Below are positions 1 to 9,808 of a stretch of 19,019 nucleotides of DNA, one piece after another (position 1 is the first letter of the stretch; every line of letters starts with the position of its first letter). The notes beneath the pieces were generated by a model, which saw nothing but the letters and a program-made list of their open reading frames with translations, ran no database searches and was not told where the DNA came from. A program made the position numbers and the translations under genes. Source of the DNA: an uncultured delta proteobacterium (GTDB lineage Bacteria > Desulfobacterota > RBG-13-43-22); NCBI GenBank assembly GCA_963843145.1, contig CAWJJC010000030.1, positions 1 to 19,019 on the forward strand, read 5' to 3'.

Positions 1-365
1 CTATCGATGGCCTGGATCAATTCGGCCCGGGTGGCATCCTTCAAAATATACCCGTCGGCCCCATTCTTTAGAGCCGCCAGCACCGCTTCCTCCGAATCAT
101 TGACCGTCAGGGCGATGATTTTTATCTCCGGCAACCTCTTCTTAATTTCCCGGGTGGCCTCTACTCCGCCCATGCGCGGCATGGACAAGTCCATCAGAAT
201 CAGGTCCGGGGACAATTTCTCCGCGGCCCAGATCGCTTCGTGGCCGTCCCTGGCCTCACCAATAACTTTCAGGTGCGGATGGGCGGAAAGTAGCAGTCGC
301 AACCCTTCACGAAGGATGGTGTGGTCTTCAACGATAAGAATACTTTTTTTTTCATTAGCGGACAT
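1..365 (-). CDS. NarL/FixJ-family response regulator, N-terminal REC domain (runs off the window edge)
   Basis: Not in the ORF track; translated by hand: MSANEKKSILIVEDHTILREGLRLLL...PDLILMDLSMPRMGGVEATREIK...IIALT...GADGYILKDATRAELIQAID. It has the REC acidic pocket, phospho-Asp, Thr and Lys. GGAGGAG RBS at 369-375. Lies downstream of a HisKA_3 kinase. Confidence 0.93.
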   Translation of the reverse strand, partial: MSANEKKSILIVEDHTILREGLRLLLSAHPHLKVIGEARDGHEAIWAAEKLSPDLILMDLSMPRMGGVEATREIKKRLPEIKIIALTVNDSEEAVLAALKNGADGYILKDATRAELIQAID

Positions 366-397
366 AATCTCCTCCAGGTATCATTGGTCCCTCGGGC

Positions 398-3300
398 TCA
401 AAATTTCGGCTTCGAGGGTTCGCCCGGATAAGAAATCAGAAAGCCATCGCCTAGGATTCTACCCAAAAGGCGGGGAAAAACAACTAAAATCCCATTATTC
501 AATCTTTTTCGCCACCCCGGCCACTTTTCAACATGCCAGGAGACTTCGACCTTCGTCCCCTTTCCCGGAAACGATTTAATGGAAAAAGATCCTCCGCTAA
601 GTTCCGCCCGCTCCTTCATACTGGAAAGACCCATCCCCGTGGTTTGGAAATCCAGCGTCCGGAGAGCTTTTGCATCAAATCCCTGCCCGTCGTCCTCTAT
701 CGCCAGCTTCAATTGGTCCTGCTTCCGGCGCAGGGAAATCCGGATCCGGGTGGCTTGGGAGTGCTTACTGATATTATTAAAGGCTTCCTGGATTATTCGA
801 AAAATAACAACTTTCAACATGCCCGGTATGTCCTCCTCCGAAACCTCCGATCGTTGTTCGATGGCCATAGAGGGATTTATTTTTTGAAATTCTCGAGAAT
901 ACCAGGAAAGGGTGGGGAGAATCCCCAGGTCATCCAGGAGGGGGGGCCGCAGTTCTTTCTGCATCCTCCTGGTTTCCCCCATGATCTGCTGAATCACCGG
1001 AACCAGTGATCCCAGGGTTTCTCCGACTTGTTGAATATCCCGTTCAGGCAAATGATGAATCAGGTCCTCCATTTTATATTTCAGGGCGCCCAGGGAGGAC
1101 CCCAAACTGTCATGCATATCCCGGGCGAATCTGCCGGCGTTCCTTTTCCTGCACAGTTAAAAGCTGTTCGGCCAGCGTTCGAAGCTGCCTTTCCGACAGA
1201 CGCAAGGCCTCCTCGGCCGCCTGGCGATCGGTGACTTCTTCCAGGGAAAAAACCAGAAAGGCGCGTTTCCCCTTTATCGTCCCGAATGGGGGTCAAAGTC
1301 CAATCCCAGTAGGTCACCCCCCACTCCGGATGATCGGGGAAAGAAAAAGGTTTAGCCTGGGCCTGATAGGGGATCCCGGTTTCCACCACCCGCCGGAAGA
1401 TGGTCTCATTCTCTTCGTGCGGGTAAAACTCAAAATGATTGTGGCCCTGGAAATCGGCTATCGTCCGCTGACAGGCTCGGGCGTAGGCTGCGTTGACTCG
1501 GATGAAGTTGAAATCCCGGTCCAGGAAAACCAACGGCGTGATCGTGCCCTGGAAAAACGATTCCAAAATCATGGATTGTTTCGCCAGGTCCTCATAGGCT
1601 TTATCCAGTTCAGCGGTCCGCTCCTGCACCCGAATTTCCAATTCATCCCGAGCGGATTGAATCGCGGCCAACATCGTCATTTTTTCCATGGCCGTCGCAA
1701 CCTGATCGGTTACGGTTTTCATCAGCTCCAAGTCCTGGGATGAGAAAGAGGATCGGGTCCTGGTCCCGAAAGACAGGGTGCCCAGCAGGTGATCTCCGGC
1801 CTTGATCGGGTGGCAGGCGTAGGCCTGAACACCAAAGCTCCGGACCAGATCCGTTCGTATATCGGGCTGCTGGAAGATGTCCTCGGCCACCATCCGCTCC
1901 CGGTCCCGAGCCACGCAGCCGCAAACCGCCACTCCGAAATCGAGCCATTCGATCTTCCGAGCTTCTTCCTCAGGGATTCCGGCACAGGCATTCAGGTGAA
2001 GACGCCCCCGGGGTCCGTCGACCAGAAAATTGAAAAAAACCTGACAATCCAGATGTTCCATCACCCGGCTGCAAAGTTCCTCGACCTCCTGCTGAGGTAC
2101 CGGCGAAGCCAGGAGCCGCCCGGCCGTTCTCGAGAGCAACCGAAAGCGGGCTTCGCTTTTCCTCAGCCTCTCCTCGGCTTCTTTTCGTTCCGTAATATCC
2201 TGGACGGTCCCAAAGCCTCCCCGGAGGCCCCCCTCCACGTCAACTTCCAGTTCAGCCAGCTCACGCACCCATTTTATATTTCCGTCGGCCACAATCCGGT
2301 GTTCGATATCGTAGGGTTTCCCGCCGAGGGCCGCCATCCACTTCCGCTCCACATAGGACCGATCATCCGGATGAATGGTTCCCAAAAAAACCTCATAGGT
2401 CAACGGTGTCCCCGAGGGAATTCCAAAGATGCGGTGAGTTTCTTCGGTCCAATGCAGTTCATTGTGTTGAATGTCCAGCCGCCAGCTCCCCGTGTGGGCT
2501 ACGGCCTGAGCTCGGTTCAGGTCCTCCAGGCTTTCGCGAAGCGTTTGCTCGGCTTTTTTTCGATCGGTAATGTCGACATGCATGCCCAGGTACCCTGAAT
2601 TGTTCCCCTCCGCGTCTTGAAAAAGAGAGGAACTGCAAAGTGTCCATAACTCGGAGCCATCCTTCCGCCGAAATTTGTATTCCCGGGTGACCCGTTCCCC
2701 CTTTAACAATTTTTCTCTCGTATCCAAGGCCATAGATTTTTGGTCTTCGTCCATGAAATCCAGACCGATTTGGCCGATCAGTTCCTCTTTCGAATAACCC
2801 AGCATTTCCGCCCACTTCTGGTTAATGAAGTCCATTCTGCCGCTCAACGATCCGATGACAATGCCTTCATTGGCCGTCTCCAGGATGCGGCGATAATTTT
2901 CTTCGGAGTTCTTCAGTGCCTCCTCGCCTCTTTTGATATCCTCTATATCGATGACGTGGACCACAAAGCCCTTGATCCGGCCTCTTTCGTTAAAGTCGGG
3001 AGTGTAACTGGCTCGGATCCAGCGTAGAGCACCTCTCTGAAACGGCAGTTGGCGCTCGTAGGTGATCGTTTCCCCGGACAGGACTTTTTCCACCCAGGGT
3101 TCGATTTGTTTCCATTGGTCCTCCCCGAGAACATCGCTCATCCGCTTTCCCTGAATTTCTTCGACCGTGGAGCCAAACCATTGTGCGTAGCTTCTATTGA
3201 CCCGGAGATAGCGGCCGTCGGTATTGACATAGGCAATCAAGGCCGGGACCGCGTCCATAACCAGAGACAGTTCGGCCTCTTTGGTGCGCAAGGCCTCCTG

Positions 3301-4255
3301 GGCCTGCATCAGGTCGTTGATATCGGTCAAGGTTCCCGTCCAGCGGACGATATTTCCTTCGCCGTCTCGGGTCGGTATGGCCCGCAGCAAAACCCACCGG
3401 GATAGGCCGTCCGTGTTGCGAAGACGGGCCTGGTAGCTCAGGGGCTGACCGGTACGCACCGATTCCCTCCAGCGGGTTGCTTCCGCCTCTGCATCCTCAG
3501 CCGGAATGGCCTTTCGCCATCCTTGGCTCGACCGTTTCCTCCCGGGTCATGCCGGTCCATTGAGTCCAGCGGTCGCTGATAAAGGTGTTATTCCCCTGGG
3601 CGTCGGTCTCAAAAATGACACCGGGAAGGGCCTGGACCAAGGACTGGTAGCGCTCCAAGTTTTCCTGCAAGGCCCTTTCCGCCTCTTTCTGCTCGGTGAT
3701 ATCCAAAAAGGCGGCCTGGCAGAAAGGCTTATTCTCCTCCCCGGACTCCATTCTGACCCCTTCGAGGCGCACCATGGTCGGATGGCCCCCGTTCTTGACC
3801 AGGGCCACTTCACAGAATTGTCGCCGGCCGGACGAAAATACCTCCTGAATGAACCGGTTAAAGGCCGGGACCGCTTCCGGAGCTAGAAATAATTGAAAGC
3901 GCCGGTCGATCAGGAACCTCCGCTCTTGATTCAGCAGTTGGGCCCCGGCCAGGTTGATCTCCAGGATGGCCCCTTTTTCATTAAAGGAGGCATACCCGAT
4001 CGGCGCCAGATCATAGAGTTCGAAGTATTTCCGGCGGGCCAGTTCGGCTTCCAGATGGGCCTGATGGAGCTCCTGGTTCTGCAGTTCCAATTCAACCTGG
4101 TGTATCTGCAGCTCTTGAAGCGTCAAGCGGTAATCGGAAGGATCTTCGCCGGCCGACATCCCACCCTTTTGCTCTATCAGGTCCTCGGCCCGCTGACGCA
4201 AATCCGGGCCGATGGGAGGCTGCTTCACGGTTGGGATTGTTTTTTTGCTCTTCAT
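398..4255 (-). CDS. Multi-PAS/PAC + GAF sensor histidine kinase (HisKA_3/NarX-like, about 1284 aa once three +1 frameshifts are corrected)
   Basis: ORFs 3497-4255, 1081-3459, an unlisted linker frame (~1128-1262) and 398-1117 join into one protein if single extra bases near 3527, 1263 and 1127 are removed. Junction reads: QGWRKAIPAEDAEAEATRWRESVRTG; ETAFLVFSLEEVTDRQAAEEALR; QEKERRQIARDMHDSLG. Motifs: N-terminal LQIHQVELELQNQEL, several DITxxK PAC ends, GAF (LDFGVAVCGCVARD), H-box MHDSLG, N-box QEAFNNISKHS, DDGQGF, GMGLSSMKERA. The tail after VEVSW (~540) is uncertain. Confidence 0.88.
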
Positions 4256-4380
4256 AGCTTTCCTCGATCAGTTTCTTGGGGACGCATTTTTAAAGTCTGG
4301 GCCTTCCTTTCGGTAAAGACAATGGCTATGATCTTTCCCTCCCGGGAGGTTAAGGTCGCCGGTGAAGAGTTGACCTTCAT
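4252..4380 (-). CDS. 42-aa coupled ORF, or frameshifted C-terminal extension of the CheB/CheR fusion
   Basis: MKVNSSPATLTSREGKIIAIVFTERKAQTLKMRPQETDRGKL. It starts in a TGATG overlap with the cheBR stop and ends in an ATGA overlap with the kinase start, exactly filling the gap. Confidence 0.5.
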   Translation of the reverse strand: MKVNSSPATLTSREGKIIAIVFTERKAQTLKMRPQETDRGKL

Positions 4381-7043
4381 CAGCCGACCTTCGCGCGTTT
4401 GACGCTCTCTTTCATCTGTTTTATTTCGGTTATGTCGGTGAAGATAATGACCACTCCTTCGACTATATTCTCCTGGGTCCGGGAAGGCATGATCCTCATC
4501 GTATACCAGCGTCCGTCGTTGGTCCGGACCTGTTTCTCCTCGAGGACCAGGCTGTCCAGCACGGTGCGCACATCCTGCGCCAGGGTTCCGTATTGCAGCC
4601 TGGAAACGATGTCGGTGATCGGCCTCCCGGTATCCGTGGGGATTAGCTTGAAAATCATGGTGGCCTGTTGGGTAAATCGCTTAATATTCAGGTTATTGTC
4701 CAGAAAGATCGTGGGGATCTGGGTGCTGTTCAACAGGTTCCGCAGGTCATTGTTCGCCATCAGAAATTCATCGTTTTTCATCTGCAGTTCGGCATTGAGC
4801 GTCATCAGCTCTTCATTAAGGGACTGCATCTCTTCCTTGGAGGTATTCAGTTCCTCGTTGGAGCTTTGCAGTTCCTCATTGGCGCTCTGCAGCTCCTCGT
4901 TGGTGCTCTGCAGTTCTTCGTTGGTCGCCTTCAGTTCTTCCTGGGAAGTCTCCATCTCTTCGATGGCCGTCTGCAGGCTCTCTTTGGTATTCCGGAGTTC
5001 CCCTTGCAACTCGCTGACCCGGCTGTCCCCCTCGGCATCTTTTTCCAACTGGGATTTGGTTCTTTTCTTGGGGAACTTATACGGCACTTCCTCGAAGACG
5101 ATAATCAAAAGTCCCGAGGGCGCCTGGGGGATCGGAAGCGGCTTGACCGTCAAATTGATTTTCACCCGATCCCCGTTCGTTTTAATGACTATGTCCCTCA
5201 CCCGAATTTCCGTTTCCTGGGTGAGGGCTTTCCGGACCGCCACCGAAAGTTCCAGTCTCAACCCTTCCCGAGCCATGTCGAAGACATTGAGGCTGGCCCG
5301 GCCAACCGGGGGTTCCAGGTACCTGCCGACCCGCTGCGTGGAGAATAAAAGGTCCCCGTTTTCATTGGTGACGATTACAGGCGGGGCCAAGTGGCTAACG
5401 ATAAACGCCTGCAGAATTTCCGAGAGAGATAAAGGGACATTCGACGGTCGTTTTTCCTGTTTTTGCACCTTGGTCATTTCCCGGGAGATGACCCGGACCG
5501 GAAATTCGGGGAGAGCCATCGTGGCCGATAAGGATTCCCGACGCCGGTAAATCTTCCATCTGGAATCCACCGGGCTAAAAAGATCGTTATAGCCCGAGAT
5601 CGTTTCCGAAGGCCCCAGAAAAAGCATCCCTCCCCGCAACAGGGCGTAGTAAAAAATGGGCAGGATTTTCTTTTGGGCGGCGCTGTTGAAATAAATCAAC
5701 AAGTTTCGGCAGCTCAACAGATCCAGTTTGGTGAAGGGCGGATCGGACAACAGGTTTTGGGGTGCAAATACCACCATATCCCGGATCTCCTGACTGACCC
5801 GGAAATGGGTACCCTCTTTAATGAAAAACCGTTGCAGCCGAAACTCGGAAACGTCGGCGGCGATATTGGTCAGATAACGGCCACGCCGGGCAAAGGAGAT
5901 GGCCTCCGGATCGATATCGGTGCCGTAGATCTGGACCTTGACGTTGGCCAGAGGCCTCTGATCCAGGCATTCTCTTATCAGGATCGCCAGGCTGTAGGCT
6001 TCTTCCCCGGTGGAACAAGCCGGGTCCCAGACCCGGAGGACGCTGCCCTCTTCCTTGCCCAGCAGCAGGGGTATAACGGCTTTTTCCTTGAGATGTTCAA
6101 AGGCCTCCGGATCGCGAAAAAAATTGGTGACTCCGATCAGCATTTCTTTGAACAGCAGCCCGATTTCCTGGGAATTTTTCTGCAGGTAGACGACGTATTG
6201 GGACAGGTCGCTGATCTGGTGGATGCTCATGCGGCGGTTGATACGGCGAAGGATGGAATTATCTTTATAGAGAGAGAAATCATTGCCGGTTTTACCCCTT
6301 ACCAGAATCATGATCTTCTGAAGGGCGCTCAACGACTTCGGTTCTATCGCCTGGCGCGGGCCGCCGATTTTAAGGAAATGTCCGGCGTATCGGATGAGTT
6401 GTTCGGGAAGCGCATCGGCCGGGGCCAGGAAATCGGTCAGGCCCGTCTCCAGGGCGCTGCGGGGCATGGAGTCGTATTTGGCCGTTTGCGGGTCCTGGAC
6501 CATGGCCATGCCCATCTGTTCCTTGATGGAACGCAGGCCCAAGGACCCGTCGCTTCCCATGCCGGAGAGGATGATACCGATGCTCCGTTCCTTTTGGTCG
6601 TCGGCCAGATGCCGAAAGAAGAAATCGATCGGCAGCCTCAGACCCCGGGGCGCGGAGGGTTCCATTAATTGCAGGACCCCGTTCATGATGGCCAGGTCCT
6701 TGTTGGGGGGAATGACATACACCGTATCGGCTTCGACTTTCATATTATCCCCGGCCTGAAAGACCTTCATGGGTGTCATACGTTGGATCAATTCGGGCAT
6801 GATCCCTTTATGGGTGGGATCGAGGTGGGTTACGACGACGAATCCCAGGCCCGAATTAGGCGGCAGGTTGGGGAAAAACTGCCCCAAGGCCTCCAATGCT
6901 CCGGCCGATCCGCCGATGCCGACGATATAAAGGGGGTCCCGGCGGCTTCCCGCTTCGGTTGGGGGTTTTTGATCATCGCTTTGGGGCCGGACAGGCGCTT
7001 TGGGTTTTGCTTTTTTTCCTACGGACTTCTTTGGCGGGGTCAT
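4380..7043 (-). CDS. CheB methylesterase-CheR methyltransferase-PAS-coiled-coil-PAS fusion (MAC1-type)
   Basis: CheB triad motifs IGGSAGA, VTHLDP and SGMGSDG. CheR motifs VTNFFRD, ACSTGEEAYS, GTDID and SCRNLLIYF. Heptad coiled coil EELKATNEELQSTNEELQSANEELQSSNEEL, then a C-terminal PAS. AGGAGAAGG RBS. Confidence 0.95.
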   Translation of the reverse strand: MTPPKKSVGKKAKPKAPVRPQSDDQKPPTEAGSRRDPLYIVGIGGSAGALEALGQFFPNLPPNSGLGFVVVTHLDPTHKGIMPELIQRMTPMKVFQAGDNMKVEADTVYVIPPNKDLAIMNGVLQLMEPSAPRGLRLPIDFFFRHLADDQKERSIGIILSGMGSDGSLGLRSIKEQMGMAMVQDPQTAKYDSMPRSALETGLTDFLAPADALPEQLIRYAGHFLKIGGPRQAIEPKSLSALQKIMILVRGKTGNDFSLYKDNSILRRINRRMSIHQISDLSQYVVYLQKNSQEIGLLFKEMLIGVTNFFRDPEAFEHLKEKAVIPLLLGKEEGSVLRVWDPACSTGEEAYSLAILIRECLDQRPLANVKVQIYGTDIDPEAISFARRGRYLTNIAADVSEFRLQRFFIKEGTHFRVSQEIRDMVVFAPQNLLSDPPFTKLDLLSCRNLLIYFNSAAQKKILPIFYYALLRGGMLFLGPSETISGYNDLFSPVDSRWKIYRRRESLSATMALPEFPVRVISREMTKVQKQEKRPSNVPLSLSEILQAFIVSHLAPPVIVTNENGDLLFSTQRVGRYLEPPVGRASLNVFDMAREGLRLELSVAVRKALTQETEIRVRDIVIKTNGDRVKINLTVKPLPIPQAPSGLLIIVFEEVPYKFPKKRTKSQLEKDAEGDSRVSELQGELRNTKESLQTAIEEMETSQEELKATNEELQSTNEELQSANEELQSSNEELNTSKEEMQSLNEELMTLNAELQMKNDEFLMANNDLRNLLNSTQIPTIFLDNNLNIKRFTQQATMIFKLIPTDTGRPITDIVSRLQYGTLAQDVRTVLDSLVLEEKQVRTNDGRWYTMRIMPSRTQENIVEGVVIIFTDITEIKQMKESVKRAKVG
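4790..4960 (-). repeat. 21-bp-period coding tandem repeat (xNEELQS heptads)
   Basis: Recurring cag(t/c)tcctc(g/a)ttg units every 21 bp, encoding about 7 heptads in the CheBR coiled coil. Confidence 0.85.
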
Positions 7044-7197
7044 ACCTTCTCCTGTTTATGAATTCCTTCCAACCGGGAATTAAAAAAAGAAGCCTTCCGC
7101 GGGGCATAGAGATACTCCAGCCTTCTATCTTTCATAGACAAAATACCATAAACCACATTTAATTGAAAGAAATACGGATGGGGGAAAACGGGAGTGG

Positions 7198-8094
7198 CTA
7201 TAGGGAGAAGTCGAAGGCAGGTACCTGGTGACCACCTACCGGTGAGGTTACCGGCGAGAAAAAGGTGATTCTAAATGTCCCTATTTGTGGGGTTCGGGTA
7301 TAATCAAACCGGGGTCGATCGTTTTCAGCCGGTTGATCGCCTCCCAACGTTGGCCGGGAGGTCATTTTAAGCGGCAAGGACACCCACAAGCGCAGGACGC
7401 CTTCGGCAACCCGCTCCCACTTCAGGTCTCCCTGATAATGGTCCTCGATAATCCGCTGGGCTATGGCCGTTCCCAAACCGTTTCCCGGGTTCGGATAGAT
7501 AGTAAAGGAAGGGAATCCCTGGTCAAAATATTTCCCTCTCACACCGGGGCTTTCAGCGGTTAAAACTACGCCTATATTTCCTGGTACCGGATCCGGGGAG
7601 AAACGGGTTTCAATACTCAGATTCCCTCCCATAACCGACAGGGCCGCGTGGCTGTTCTTTAAGAGGTGCCAAAAGGCCCTCTTAATCTCCTCGTAATCGG
7701 CCGGCATTTGCGGAAGGGCCGGATCGAGGGAACTGTTCACGGAAACAGGGGGGCCGGACCCGTCCTGATTAATGGCCAGGGCGGCCAGGAGCGAGGCCAG
7801 TAGGGCGTTGAGATCAACCGGAACAATCCGCCTTTTTTCCGCCGGTCGGAGGAATTCCACGGTATCTTGAACCAGTTCCTGGAGTTGCCCCATTTCCTCC
7901 CGGAGAAGGCGAACGGCCTGGGCCAGGGTTTCATCCCCGGGATCAATCCGCCGCTGAATTACGAACAAGGCCCCCCAGATGGATTGGAGCGGGTTTCTTA
8001 CGGCGCGCGAAAAAAAGTTAAAAACCTTTTCAACTCTCGATGGGACTCGTCCGAAATCTATTTCCGGTGTTCCAAATTTTTTATATGGATTCAA
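7198..8094 (-). CDS. Histidine-kinase-like protein (HisKA + HATPase_c) lacking the phospho-accepting His; putative pseudokinase
   Basis: H-box reads SRAVRNPLQSI (canonical AHEIRNPL), N-box HLLKNS, G1 AESPGV (canonical DxGxG), G2 GNGLGTAI. Also VDLNALL and LDPALPQMPAD linkers. Probable TTG start at 8094 behind GGAAGGGG; the ORF track starts it at 8133. Confidence 0.8.
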   Translation of the reverse strand: MNPYKKFGTPEIDFGRVPSRVEKVFNFFSRAVRNPLQSIWGALFVIQRRIDPGDETLAQAVRLLREEMGQLQELVQDTVEFLRPAEKRRIVPVDLNALLASLLAALAINQDGSGPPVSVNSSLDPALPQMPADYEEIKRAFWHLLKNSHAALSVMGGNLSIETRFSPDPVPGNIGVVLTAESPGVRGKYFDQGFPSFTIYPNPGNGLGTAIAQRIIEDHYQGDLKWERVAEGVLRLWVSLPLKMTSRPTLGGDQPAENDRPRFDYTRTPQIGTFRITFFSPVTSPVGGHQVPAFDFSL

Positions 8095-8162
8095 TAGGAT
8101 GTACCCCTTCCGCCCGCAAGCAAATGCGGCCAAAAGATAAAAAAGGATATTCGGTTTGGTGG

Positions 8163-9656
8163 TTATTTCCCCCTGGAGGGTAACGCCTTGTCGGAGAAGA
8201 TGGCAGCCAAGAGAGAGCCCTTTTTAGACCTTATGCCGGTTAGGAAGCCGTCTAACCGTGGATAGAGGACCGCCCAGCCGATTATACCGATGAGCAGGAT
8301 GAAGAGGAAAACTATTTCCTGGAGGCGAAAATACCAATCCGGAGCGCTATCCCCCCAGCCCAGGGATACCGCCAGAAAATGATGCCAGGAATAATTCAGC
8401 CATAACCCGATCGCGCTACCTTCGACAAGTACCTTGGCCGTTTTCCGGAACCTTTTACGGCCCCCCGCATCATTCGAAGTGAGGTCATTCGTTTCAGTTC
8501 CAGGCTTCGGCCCCAGGGCCATCAGAACTTCGAAGACCGTTTTGGCCAGGATTTTAAGATCCAGCCCCAGGGACCAGTTCTGTACATAGCGGAGGTCCAG
8601 TCGGATCATCTCCTCCAAAGAGGCTGGGCTGCGTCCCTCCGCCTGCCAGAGGCCGGTAAGGCCCGGTCTGACGGCCAGGATCCGGCGGAGGTGCCAGGAC
8701 TTGAATTTTTCCGCCTCCTGAGGCCTGGTCGGCCGGGGGCCGATCAGACTCATTTCCCCTTTTAACACATTAAGAAGCTGAGGCAGCCGATCCAGGCCGA
8801 GCTTTCGAATCATCACAGCCAGGCTGCTAGGACTGTCGTTCTCCCAATTAGCTAATGGATTTTCCCGGATCCCTTGGCCAACCCGATGATATCGCCCATC
8901 GATCGGATTGAACAGGAATCTCGGTTGGGCCCGGTCGCCGGTATCGGTCGTCAGGGGATTTAAGCTTAAAAGGTCAAAAGGATTTCCTCTTTGTCCCAGA
9001 CGCGTCTGGCGAAAAATAATCGGTCCCCGGGAAGACAGTTTGATAACTATGGCCATGATCAACAAGACCGGAGACAAGCAGATCAGACCGATCAGTGCCC
9101 CCAGGATATCAAAACCACGCTTGAGGGTTTGCTGGACCGAGGCGGCACCCACCATTTCCAGCGATTCCAGGGGAAAAATTCCGGACACGGCCTCCGCCTT
9201 TTCCAGTAATTCATGGAAGAGTCGGTCGGGATAGGCCACGGTCAAGAAATCGCAGGCGGTCTTCGTTCGATCGTTAACCAGCAATTCCACGCACTTTTTT
9301 GCCTGGGGGCCGTCGGTATCCAGCATGAGGAGACCGAAGACGTTCCGCTTCACCCAACCCTTCAAATCCGTCTCCCGGGTATCCCGCTTGATGGAAACGA
9401 GGAATTCGCGCAGCTTTCGGACATCCGCCAGAAGCTCCTCTTTCAGGTAAAACAGGGTCATGGACAGCGGATTCCCGGAACGGTCCACCCTGCTTTTTTC
9501 AAAGCGGAGCCGTTCCAGAAATTCCTCTCGGGGGAGGACACCCTCCAGGAAGAGTGGATCGTTGTCGATTGCTTCGGCCGGCCCCGTCCAGGGCCCTGAA
9601 AGCCAGGGTCCCCAGCCCTCCTGGGCTTCGGCTGCAGTCTGAAAGGTATGGTCCAT
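8163..9656 (-). CDS. Bacterial sugar transferase (monotopic phosphoglycosyl transferase)-like protein with an N-terminal degenerate GGDEF-like domain and a C-terminal hydrophobic extension
   Basis: PGT motifs KRGFDILGA..LSP, GPIIFRQTRLG, LPQLLNVLKGEMSLIGPRP, RPGLTGLWQAEGR and DLRYVQNWSLGLDLKIL. The N-terminus REEFLERLRFEKSRVDRSGNPLS...RETDLKGW...FGLLMLDT resembles a GGDEF fold without the signature. GGGAGGA RBS. Confidence 0.88.
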   Translation of the reverse strand: MDHTFQTAAEAQEGWGPWLSGPWTGPAEAIDNDPLFLEGVLPREEFLERLRFEKSRVDRSGNPLSMTLFYLKEELLADVRKLREFLVSIKRDTRETDLKGWVKRNVFGLLMLDTDGPQAKKCVELLVNDRTKTACDFLTVAYPDRLFHELLEKAEAVSGIFPLESLEMVGAASVQQTLKRGFDILGALIGLICLSPVLLIMAIVIKLSSRGPIIFRQTRLGQRGNPFDLLSLNPLTTDTGDRAQPRFLFNPIDGRYHRVGQGIRENPLANWENDSPSSLAVMIRKLGLDRLPQLLNVLKGEMSLIGPRPTRPQEAEKFKSWHLRRILAVRPGLTGLWQAEGRSPASLEEMIRLDLRYVQNWSLGLDLKILAKTVFEVLMALGPKPGTETNDLTSNDAGGRKRFRKTAKVLVEGSAIGLWLNYSWHHFLAVSLGWGDSAPDWYFRLQEIVFLFILLIGIIGWAVLYPRLDGFLTGIRSKKGSLLAAIFSDKALPSRGK

Positions 9657-9808
9657 CTCTTCAATCCTCCCTCGTGGGTATTGCCCTTAAGAAAACCGAA
9701 TAATATCCGTTATCATTTCTGGCCCGTTAAGAATGTCGTCTTCCCGGAAAGGCTGGAAAAACATAGGTCGCAGGTCTAAAAACAAAGGAAAATATAAAGG
9801 AATGGGGT

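Noticed and set aside
4790-4960. Possible CRISPR-like repeat array
   Set aside because: Degenerate 21-bp coding heptads with no unique spacers and no cas genes.
7-7061. Many long plus-strand ORFs (7-579, 1006-1743, 1789-2598, 4399-5550, 5673-6668 etc.)
   Set aside because: Antisense shadows of well-supported minus-strand genes, with no recognisable motifs.
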